The position numbers and the translations under genes are program-made. The notes beneath the pieces were generated by a model. The model was not told where the DNA came from. It saw nothing but the letters and a program-made list of their open reading frames with translations, and ran no database searches. Shown here piece after piece: positions 18,255 to 24,000 of a stretch of DNA of 24,000 nucleotides (positions are counted from its first letter, which is position 1; each line of letters begins with the position of its first letter). Location of the stretch: contig NZ_LXER01000032.1 of the NCBI RefSeq assembly GCF_001654925.1, positions 68,339 to 92,338 of the forward strand, read 5' to 3'. The DNA is from Buttiauxella brennerae ATCC 51605. Its GTDB lineage: Bacteria; Pseudomonadota; Gammaproteobacteria; Enterobacterales; Enterobacteriaceae.

Positions 18255-18278
18255 TTGCCCGATAAACATATCAGGCAA
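18255..18278 (-). other. Intercistronic mRNA stem-loop between the SIS gene and the EIIBC gene
   Basis: The minus-strand RNA UUGCCUGAUA-UGUU-UAUCGGGCAA forms a 10-bp stem including one G-U pair. It lies in a 92-nt gap and has no U-tail. Confidence 0.4.
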
Positions 18279-18310
18279 CGTTGTAGGGTAAATTAGTCAT
18301 CAAGGAATAA

Positions 18311-19381
18311 TCAGGCGTAATCGCCAGGTTTTGTTTTACTCTTAACGGAAATACCAAAATCGGTGAAAATACGTTGTGGCAAATTATTCCCTTTCGCTTC
18401 CGCGATATGGTGCGCCAGAATCTGGAAAGGAATAACCATCAGTAACGGGGCGATAAATATATCTACCTCAGCATTAATGGCGAGCGTTCGTTCATCGCTG
18501 CTTTCGCCTAATTTAACGGTGTAAATATAATCGGTATATTTTTGCTCATAGGCTTTCAGCAGTAATAAGCGCTCGCGCGCTTCTCCAGGTGTGTCGAGGA
18601 AAAACATCCGGTGATTACCGTTCACTTCAAAATAAGGGCCATGCATAAAGGCTTCCAGTTCTACCCCTTGTGATGGCACGCGAATAGTTTCCGCAAACTT
18701 GGTTTCCATTTCTTTAATCACACCCACGCTCGGGCCATAGCCAATTGCCGTAAATCTTGGGGAGGAAGTTAGCTCGTCTTTCCATTTTTCGAAAAAGAGT
18801 TCAGTTGTATCAATAATCTGTGGGATAGATTTTACTGCTACGGTTAATTTCGCTAATTCTTCAGCTTCCTGCGTTTCAGTGATTAAACCATTGCAGCGCG
18901 CGGTATAAAGACCGAGTAACATGAATTTAAAGATAGTCGCCACATAACCTTTAGTGACGTAACCCACGCGCTCTTCACCAATTTCAATATCGATGGCGTG
19001 ATCGACGGTTTTCGCCAGTTCGCTGGACAGTTTGCTGGTTAAACCGTAGGTCACCACCGGGAAACTTTTGCGAATGTGTTTTATCGCATTGATGGTGGAT
19101 GTGCTTTCGCCGCTTTGCGATACGCCAAGCACCAGATCGGTCGCGGTATCCATTTTTTCGTAGTGCTGGAAGTGGAACGGCTCCTCTACGGTAACACGCA
19201 CGTTCGCCAGGTTTTCAACATAATATTTCGCGCTTTTGATGGCATTAATACTTGAACCAGTAGCTAAAACCAACCACGTGCCCTTTCCTTTAATCTCTGG
19301 CAGATCATGTGGATAACCATAAAGCATTGCTGAAAGTGTAGCTTGCTCTTCGTGAATGTAAGTCATCATTGTCGGCTTCAT
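18311..19381 (-). CDS. Double SIS-domain sugar-phosphate isomerase/deaminase/deglycase-like protein (GlmS isomerase-domain / FrlB / AgaS class)
   Basis: The start is placed at the ATG at 19381 (MKPTMMTYIHEEQ), 4 nt after AGGAGG. It has the SIS signature LVLGVSQSGESTSTINAIK (compare GlmS SQSGETADT) and a second-domain motif, ELEAFMHGPYFEV. At 356 aa it is larger than single-SIS MurQ. Confidence 0.7.
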   Translation of the reverse strand: MKPTMMTYIHEEQATLSAMLYGYPHDLPEIKGKGTWLVLATGSSINAIKSAKYYVENLANVRVTVEEPFHFQHYEKMDTATDLVLGVSQSGESTSTINAIKHIRKSFPVVTYGLTSKLSSELAKTVDHAIDIEIGEERVGYVTKGYVATIFKFMLLGLYTARCNGLITETQEAEELAKLTVAVKSIPQIIDTTELFFEKWKDELTSSPRFTAIGYGPSVGVIKEMETKFAETIRVPSQGVELEAFMHGPYFEVNGNHRMFFLDTPGEARERLLLLKAYEQKYTDYIYTVKLGESSDERTLAINAEVDIFIAPLLMVIPFQILAHHIAEAKGNNLPQRIFTDFGISVKSKTKPGDYA

Positions 19382-19397
19382 TGGCCCTCCTGAAATC

Positions 19398-19423
19398 AAA
19401 ACCTGAAAACGTTTTCAGGTTTT
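19398..19423. promoter_or_regulatory. Perfect 26-bp palindrome; candidate LacI-family operator for the SIS/EIIBC operon
   Basis: The sequence is AAAACCTGAAAAC|GTTTTCAGGTTTT, with the core TGAAAACGTTTTCA and the central CG typical of LacI/GalR operators. It ends 6 nt upstream of the SD of the SIS gene and abuts the putative -10. Confidence 0.65.
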
Positions 19424-19453
19424 AGGCTAGAGGAGCTTGAGTGGAGTTGTCAA
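19424..19453 (-). promoter_or_regulatory. Putative sigma-70 promoter of the SIS/EIIBC operon
   Basis: On the minus strand there is a perfect TTGACA (19453-19448), an 18-nt spacer, then TAGCCT (19429-24, 3 of 6 to TATAAT). The operator starts immediately downstream. Confidence 0.35.
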
Positions 19454-19469
19454 TCCACTTTTCAGCAAT

Positions 19470-19485
19470 TGTGGTGGGGATCAAA
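19470..19485. promoter_or_regulatory. Candidate class I CRP site for the SIS/EIIBC promoter
   Basis: TGTGGTGGGGATCAAA matches 8 of the 10 core positions of TGTGA-N6-TCACA. Its centre is ~60 nt upstream of the start site implied by the putative -10. Confidence 0.3.
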
Positions 19486-19542
19486 AAATATCGTGTACGG
19501 GGGTTTTGGAGCAGTCAGAAATAGTGAAATGCTACGAGAGAG

Positions 19543-20589
19543 CTAGCAGGACTCGCCTGGTATCAGACTCAGTTGGATTTTTTCAGGCACTACAGATTCA
19601 GTCGTATCTTTCAGCAATGTCATTAAAACTTGCATCACTGTTTTACCGATGAGTTCATTGTGATGGTTCACCGTGGTAATTCGCGGAATGAAATATTCAC
19701 TACCTGGGAAATACTCACAGCTGGCAATAGCAATATCGTCAGGCACAGAAATATTTTTGTCTTTTAATGCCCGAATTGCACCTTTTGCCACATGGTCATT
19801 AATCGCCACAATAGCTTCGGGCAATTTTTCACTTTGCGAGAGCAACTTATCTACCGCTTCATAGCCATGTTGTAAGTAGAAGTTATTTAATACAATGTGA
19901 TTATCGTCAACCATTATATTAGCTTGCTGAAGCGTTTTTTTAAACGAATCTATACGTTGCTGGGTAATATAAACACTTTTCGAGCCACCAATAAAACCGA
20001 TGCTTTTATAGCCCTTACTTATCAGATAATTAGTTGCAAGTGCAACACACCCAGACTGATCGCGCTCTACACAAGAATAATCTACACCGGCCAATTGCCG
20101 CCCAACCACAATTACAGGAATGGCCGCACAAAGTTTCTTCAACTCATGAAAATAAGAGTCTGGCACATTATAATAATCAATATTCCCACCAAGAATAATA
20201 ACTCCATCAATCTGGCTATCAGTAATCGAGTTGAAAATATTTTCTTCAGGAATAATTTCACCCTGCGATGAGGATTTATTAGCTGATTGCGTATCGTAGA
20301 GTGTGACTTTATATCCCGCCCGCAAACTCTCATTTTCGATTTGAGCAACCAGCATCACAAAATATGGGTTACTGATATCGGAAACGACAATCGCCAGCGT
20401 CTGTGTCTTTTTGGAAATCATACCGCGCGCCAACAAATTGGGGCTGAATTGCTGCTCCTGAATAACTTTTTCAACCCTGGCGCGAGTTTTATCCGCCACC
20501 CAGCTGTTGTTATTCAGAACACGGGAAACTGTCGCAATAGATACATTGGCCAGTTCAGCAATATCCTTGATTGTTAGCGGCTTTTTCAT
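19543..20589 (-). CDS. LacI/GalR-family transcriptional repressor
   Basis: 348 aa. It has the N-terminal HTH MKKPLTIKDIAELANVSIATVSRVLNN followed by a periplasmic-binding-protein-like sugar-binding core. It is very A+T-rich (a spot count of 33% at 19921-19980). Confidence 0.85.
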   Translation of the reverse strand: MKKPLTIKDIAELANVSIATVSRVLNNNSWVADKTRARVEKVIQEQQFSPNLLARGMISKKTQTLAIVVSDISNPYFVMLVAQIENESLRAGYKVTLYDTQSANKSSSQGEIIPEENIFNSITDSQIDGVIILGGNIDYYNVPDSYFHELKKLCAAIPVIVVGRQLAGVDYSCVERDQSGCVALATNYLISKGYKSIGFIGGSKSVYITQQRIDSFKKTLQQANIMVDDNHIVLNNFYLQHGYEAVDKLLSQSEKLPEAIVAINDHVAKGAIRALKDKNISVPDDIAIASCEYFPGSEYFIPRITTVNHHNELIGKTVMQVLMTLLKDTTESVVPEKIQLSLIPGESC

Positions 20590-20673
20590 TTTTTTGTCTC
20601 GTCCCTACAAGGCGTTAATAGTAGGGCAACGCGCCGGGTGAAGCAAAGGGGGATTTCTCCTTATCAAACACCC

Positions 20674-20700
20674 TCCACTTTTCCCAAAATCTGCCGATAA
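20674..20700 (+). promoter_or_regulatory. Sigma-28 (FliA) class 3 flagellar promoter for cheV
   Basis: TCCACTTT-N11-GCCGATAA compared with the consensus TAAAGTTT-N11-GCCGATAA. The -10 is a perfect match, the -35 matches 5 of 8, and the spacing is exact. It lies 52 nt upstream of the cheV ATG. Confidence 0.7.
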
Positions 20701-20752
20701 CTTATACACGCGCCAGGGCGACTACCCGCCAGGTTATCGGACAGAGGTTTAA

Positions 20753-21718
20753 ATGGATAGTTTTCAAAAAGATATCGATGAAAGGGCTAACCTGGCGTTA
20801 TCCAATAAATTTGAACTGTTGTTGTTTCGCTTAGGAGAAGGCCAACACGGTGGCAAATCCGAGCTATATGGCATCAACGTTTTTAAACTGCGTGAAATTG
20901 TGCCGATGCCGAAAATCAACCGTGCGGCGGGAATGAAATCGCCCCTGCTGGGCATGGCCAATATTCGCGATCAGTTTATTCCGGTCATCGACCTGCCAGC
21001 CGTTACGGGCTGCACGCCACAAACCGGCCTGAATTTATTGCTGATAACCGAGTACGCACGCAGCACGCAGGCCTTTGCGGTGGAGTCGGTAGAAAATATT
21101 ATTCGCCTCGACTGGAGCCAGGTACACGCTGCTGAATCGGGCGTGAGCAGCCGCAACATCACCAGTATTGCGTCCCTGAACAACGATGAATACAAAGGCG
21201 AACTGGCGCTGGTACTCGATGTAGAACAGATCCTCTACGACATTATTCCTTCCGGGCGCAAAGTTGATATGGCGGCCATCGAAGGGAACACAAACCCTCT
21301 GAAACCGGGTGCTGTCGCGATTGTTGCCGAAGACTCGAAAGTCGCCCGTCAGATGCTGGAGCAAGGGCTGAAAGGGATGGGGATCCCGGTGATAATGCAC
21401 TCCACGGGGCTTGAAGCGTGGGAGAAAATCAAAGTGATTGCCGCAGAAGCCAAAGCCGCAGGCCAGCCGATCACCGACCGCATTGGTATGGTATTAACCG
21501 ATATTGAAATGCCGGAAATGGACGGTTTTACCCTGACGCGAAACATCAAAACAGATATCACGTTAAAACACATTCCGGTGGTGATTCACTCGTCTTTATC
21601 CGGCAGCGCCAACGAAGATCACGTGCGCAAAGTGGGCGCGAATGGTTATGTGGCAAAGTTCGATGTGAAAGAGTTATCACAGGTGATTAATAAGGCGCTG
21701 GAAGGTGTGGTGGTTTAG
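20753..21718 (+). CDS. cheV: Chemotaxis coupling protein CheV (CheW-like domain plus receiver domain)
   Basis: 321 aa, with GAGG upstream. The N-terminal CheW-like domain reads LLLFRLGEG...YGINVFKLREIV. The C-terminal receiver domain has AIVAEDS and MVLTDIEMPEMDGF, which includes the phospho-accepting Asp. Confidence 0.85.
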   Translation: MDSFQKDIDERANLALSNKFELLLFRLGEGQHGGKSELYGINVFKLREIVPMPKINRAAGMKSPLLGMANIRDQFIPVIDLPAVTGCTPQTGLNLLLITEYARSTQAFAVESVENIIRLDWSQVHAAESGVSSRNITSIASLNNDEYKGELALVLDVEQILYDIIPSGRKVDMAAIEGNTNPLKPGAVAIVAEDSKVARQMLEQGLKGMGIPVIMHSTGLEAWEKIKVIAAEAKAAGQPITDRIGMVLTDIEMPEMDGFTLTRNIKTDITLKHIPVVIHSSLSGSANEDHVRKVGANGYVAKFDVKELSQVINKALEGVVV

Positions 21719-21855
21719 TTTGCGAGCCATGCCGCAGAGCTTAACTTTCCGCACGCAAACCGCTTGCTGGCGATAATCAATCGCAGTATTGTTGCGCCGC
21801 ACCTGCAAAATCAGGTGCCGGGATTAGCCTCCTGAAAAACTTGTCGGCGACATAC

Positions 21856-21875
21856 GACGCGCCAGCGTCTTTTTT
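21856..21875 (+). terminator. Rho-independent terminator-like hairpin downstream of cheV
   Basis: The sequence is GACGC-GCCA-GCGTC followed by TTTTTT. It is nested inside an outer 7-bp pairing, CGACATA (21848-54) with TATGTCG (21875-81). It lies 138 nt after the cheV stop. Confidence 0.55.
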
Positions 21876-22041
21876 ATGTCGTGCGTTCGGCTACACCCAA
21901 TATTATGGTGGGCTGGATGGGGGCATCGAAAGATGCGCCAGTGTCCGATAAGGCTGGTAAGGCTAACCCTGTTCAGTCCACCACCCAGAGATTAGCCTCT
22001 CAGGTGGTGGTTAAAAAAATCACTTGTCGGAGGCTGCCACT

Positions 22042-22491
22042 ATGGCTACTACCCCAACCCAAACTCATACTTCAGAAAACTCACCGCTTACGCTTTCTTT
22101 TGATATTAATACCGATTTCACCGTGCTGGCAGACTATTGCGAACGCTTCGCTGACTCGCTGATTGAAAGCGCAAAACCGGGGGAAAGACGCGTCCTTTGC
22201 TACCGCCTCGCGGAATGCCTGGAGCTGCTTTACTCGACGCTGAACGACCCCATTCCAGAACATCTGGTTGAAAGTTTCACCGTGGATCATATTCCGGCAG
22301 CAGTATCCACTTTTGAACCTGAACCGGAAGATCTTTGCCGCTATTGCCTGACGCTGGCAAACATCCTCAATAGCCACAATTTTTCTGCCATGGAAGAAAA
22401 AGCGCTGACCGGACTGTTGTTTGAACTCACGGGCCATTTTGCCGATGAGTTACGAACGCCGCGTTTCATCCGCACAGCAATAACGATGTAA
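22042..22491 (+). CDS. Hypothetical acidic 149-aa protein with no recognised family
   Basis: The start is placed at the ATG at 22042, 8 nt after GGAGG; the track start at 22024 is a TTG. By my count there are ~23 Asp/Glu against ~10 Lys/Arg. A Thr/Ser-rich N-terminus is followed by predicted helices. It has its own strong terminator and lies directly upstream of hsdM. Confidence 0.6.
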   Translation: MATTPTQTHTSENSPLTLSFDINTDFTVLADYCERFADSLIESAKPGERRVLCYRLAECLELLYSTLNDPIPEHLVESFTVDHIPAAVSTFEPEPEDLCRYCLTLANILNSHNFSAMEEKALTGLLFELTGHFADELRTPRFIRTAITM

Positions 22492-22498
22492 ATCTGCG

Positions 22499-22532
22499 AA
22501 CCCGGCTCGAAAAAGCCGGGTTTTCCCTTTTT
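22499..22532 (+). terminator. Rho-independent terminator of the acidic-protein gene
   Basis: The sequence is AACCCGGCT-CGAAAA-AGCCGGGTT followed by TTCCCTTTTT. Confidence 0.85.
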
Positions 22533-22596
22533 GGTTCTGCGTTACGAAGCCCATCCTGTATCATTGCCGCAGAGCAATCATAAGGACAACGTAGTG

Positions 22597-24000
22597 ATGA
22601 ACGAAAAAGTCAGTCAGGACAGCATCAACAAAGCATTATGGTCAGTGTGCGATACCTTCCGTGGCACCATCAGCGCCGACACCTACCGCGATTTTATTCT
22701 TACCATGCTGTTTCTGAAGTACATTTCGGATGTCTGGCAAGACCATTACGACAGCTATCAAAAAGAGCATGGCGACGAACCAGAACTGATTAACGAGCTG
22801 ATGAAGAACGAGCGTTTCGTTCTGCCGCCGGACGCCAGTTTTTACGCGCTGTACGAGCGCCGCTTCGAGGCGGGCAACGGCGAGCGCATCGACCAGGCGC
22901 TGCATGCCATTGAAGAAGCTAACGGCACCAAGCTAAAAGATTCCGGTAAAAGTGTGTTCCAGGACATCTCTTTTAACACCGACAAATTAGGTGAAGAAAA
23001 GCAGAAGAACACCATTCTGCGCCAGGTGCTGGAAGACTTCGCCAAACCTGAGCTAAACCTGAAACCAAGCCGCGTCGGTTCGCTTGATGTGATCGGCAAC
23101 GGTTACGAATATCTGATTAAAAACTTTGCCTCTAATGGCGGGCAAAAAGCCGGTGAGTTCTATACCCCGCCGGAGGTTTCCGACCTGCTGGCTGAGCTGT
23201 TAGACCCGCAGCCAGGCGATACCATTTGCGACCCGGCGTGTGGTTCTGCTTCGCTGCTGATGAAATGTGGCCGCAAAGTGCGTGAAAACCACGGCGGTAA
23301 GAATTACGCGTTATATGGCCAGGAAGCGATTGGTTCCACCTGGTCGTTCGCCAAAATGAACATGTTCCTGCACGGCGAAGACAACCATAAAATCGAGTGG
23401 GGCGACACCATTCGCAACCCGAAATTACTCGATAAAAACGCCAACCTGATGCTGTTTGATATCGTGACCGCCAACCCACCGTTTAGCCTCGATAAATGGG
23501 GCCACGAAGACGCCGCCCACGATCATTTTGGCCGTTTCAGCCGTGGCGTGCCGCCAAAAACCAAAGGCGATTACGCGTTTATTCTGCATATGATTGAAAC
23601 GCTGAAACCTAAGAGTGGGCGTATGGGCGTAGTAGTGCCGCACGGCGTGCTGTTCCGTGGCTCCACGGAAGGTAAAATCCGCGAAAAGCTGATTGAAGAA
23701 AACCTGCTCGATGCAGTGATTGGCCTGCCGGAAAAACTGTTCTTCGGCACCGGTATTCCGGCGGCGATCCTTATCTTTAAGAAAGAGAAAGTCGACGATA
23801 ACGTGTTGTTTATCGACGCCAGCCGCGAGTTTAAATCCGGCAAAAACCAGAACCAGTTAAGCGTTGAGAATATTGCCAAAATCGTTAAAACCTACCGCGA
23901 TGGCGATAACGCTGAGAAATACGCTTATCTCGCCAGCCTGCAAGAGATCCGCGATAACGACTACAACCTGAATATCCCACGCTATGTCGATACTTTTGAG
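22597..24000 (+). CDS. hsdM: Type I restriction-modification system DNA methyltransferase subunit HsdM; N-terminal 468 codons, running off the right edge
   Basis: This open-ended frame is absent from the ORF track; I translated it with no stop through 24000. AAGGA lies upstream of the GTGATG start region. It has the HsdM N-terminal domain (LWSVCDTFRG...FLKYISD), the AdoMet motif I (DPACGSASLLM) and the catalytic motif IV (TANPPFS). GEFYTPPEVS and NDYNLNIPRYV are typical of type I M subunits. Confidence 0.9.
   Translation, partial: MNEKVSQDSINKALWSVCDTFRGTISADTYRDFILTMLFLKYISDVWQDHYDSYQKEHGDEPELINELMKNERFVLPPDASFYALYERRFEAGNGERIDQALHAIEEANGTKLKDSGKSVFQDISFNTDKLGEEKQKNTILRQVLEDFAKPELNLKPSRVGSLDVIGNGYEYLIKNFASNGGQKAGEFYTPPEVSDLLAELLDPQPGDTICDPACGSASLLMKCGRKVRENHGGKNYALYGQEAIGSTWSFAKMNMFLHGEDNHKIEWGDTIRNPKLLDKNANLMLFDIVTANPPFSLDKWGHEDAAHDHFGRFSRGVPPKTKGDYAFILHMIETLKPKSGRMGVVVPHGVLFRGSTEGKIREKLIEENLLDAVIGLPEKLFFGTGIPAAILIFKKEKVDDNVLFIDASREFKSGKNQNQLSVENIAKIVKTYRDGDNAEKYAYLASLQEIRDNDYNLNIPRYVDTFE

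Noticed and set aside
19398-19423. The 26-bp palindrome considered as a terminator for the upstream LacI-family gene.
   Set aside because: It is an A+T-rich, loop-less perfect palindrome 120 nt after the stop, with no flanking U-tract. Its sequence and its position next to a -35/-10 and an RBS fit an operator far better.
3788-22041. N-terminal extensions given by the ORF track. The track starts are at 3808, 4835, 8300, 9777, 10273, 11898, 12938, 14578, 15498, 19399 and 22024.
   Set aside because: In each case an internal ATG has a proper Shine-Dalgarno at 5-10 nt and gives the canonical family N-terminus. Of the five upstream starts I checked, four are TTG (8300, 12938, 22024) or GTG (15498) and only one is an ATG (14578); the upstream starts overlap the preceding gene or the intergenic region.
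21881-22162. A 93-aa plus-strand ORF spanning the intergenic leader and overlapping the start of the acidic-protein gene.
   Set aside because: It has a GTG start (21881), no SD, and an odd composition. It overlaps, out of frame, a gene with a strong SD. The region is better explained as structured non-coding leader.
22042-22491. The acidic protein considered as a known anti-restriction protein (ArdA/Ocr, ArdB/KlcA, Ral).
   Set aside because: It shows no recognisable sequence similarity to those families as I recall them. Only the charge bias and genomic context are suggestive, so it is reported as a hypothesis rather than a call.
22642-23879. Minus-strand ORFs of 72-115 aa inside the right-hand 1.4 kb.
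   Set aside because: They lie antisense to an uninterrupted plus-strand frame with unmistakable HsdM motifs (DPACGSASLL, NPPF). They are shadow ORFs.
1-24000. A search by eye for tRNA/rRNA genes, CRISPR arrays, IS elements with terminal inverted repeats, integrase or transposase ORFs, and REP/BIME clusters.
   Set aside because: None was found. No ORF has integrase or transposase character, and the strong hairpins (10240, 11582, 16822, 22499) are single, gene-terminal and best explained as terminators. The island boundaries therefore cannot be tied to a mobile element within this window.

Overview
This is an enterobacterial chromosome segment from a relative of E. coli. No rRNA, tRNA, CRISPR array, IS element or transposase was recognised.

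The left ~10 kb is core-like and G+C-rich, with spot counts of about 60% per 60-nt line. It carries fdoH (partial), fdoG, fdhD, an asr-like acid-shock gene with 66-bp coding tandem repeats, and the frvABXR fructose-like PTS operon. fdoG is a selenoprotein: its in-frame TGA at 3200-3202 is why the ORF track splits it in two.

From ~10.2 kb to the right edge the window becomes a mosaic of short accessory modules, several strongly A+T-rich (spot counts of 33-40%):
1. A divergent pair of hexapeptide-repeat acetyltransferases.
2. A 7-gene operon: PfkA-family kinase, Ula/Sga-type PTS EIIB and EIIC, class II ketose-bisphosphate aldolase, an 89-aa helical orphan, PTS EIIA, and a P-loop kinase.
3. A convergent LacI-family regulator / double-SIS protein / sucrose-beta-glucoside-type EIIBC module, with a perfect 26-bp palindromic operator.
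4. cheV behind a near-consensus sigma-28 promoter.
5. A very acidic 149-aa orphan behind an apparently structured leader.
6. The 5' 1.4 kb of a type I restriction-modification methylase, hsdM, which is open-ended and absent from the ORF track.

Nothing here can be shown from sequence alone to be an unprecedented system. The best candidates for undescribed biology are the PTS/Pfk/aldolase/orphan/P-loop operon, the EIIBC plus double-SIS module, and the acidic orphan with its leader next to hsdM. All functional calls rest on by-eye motif recognition and recollection of reference proteins, not on database searches.
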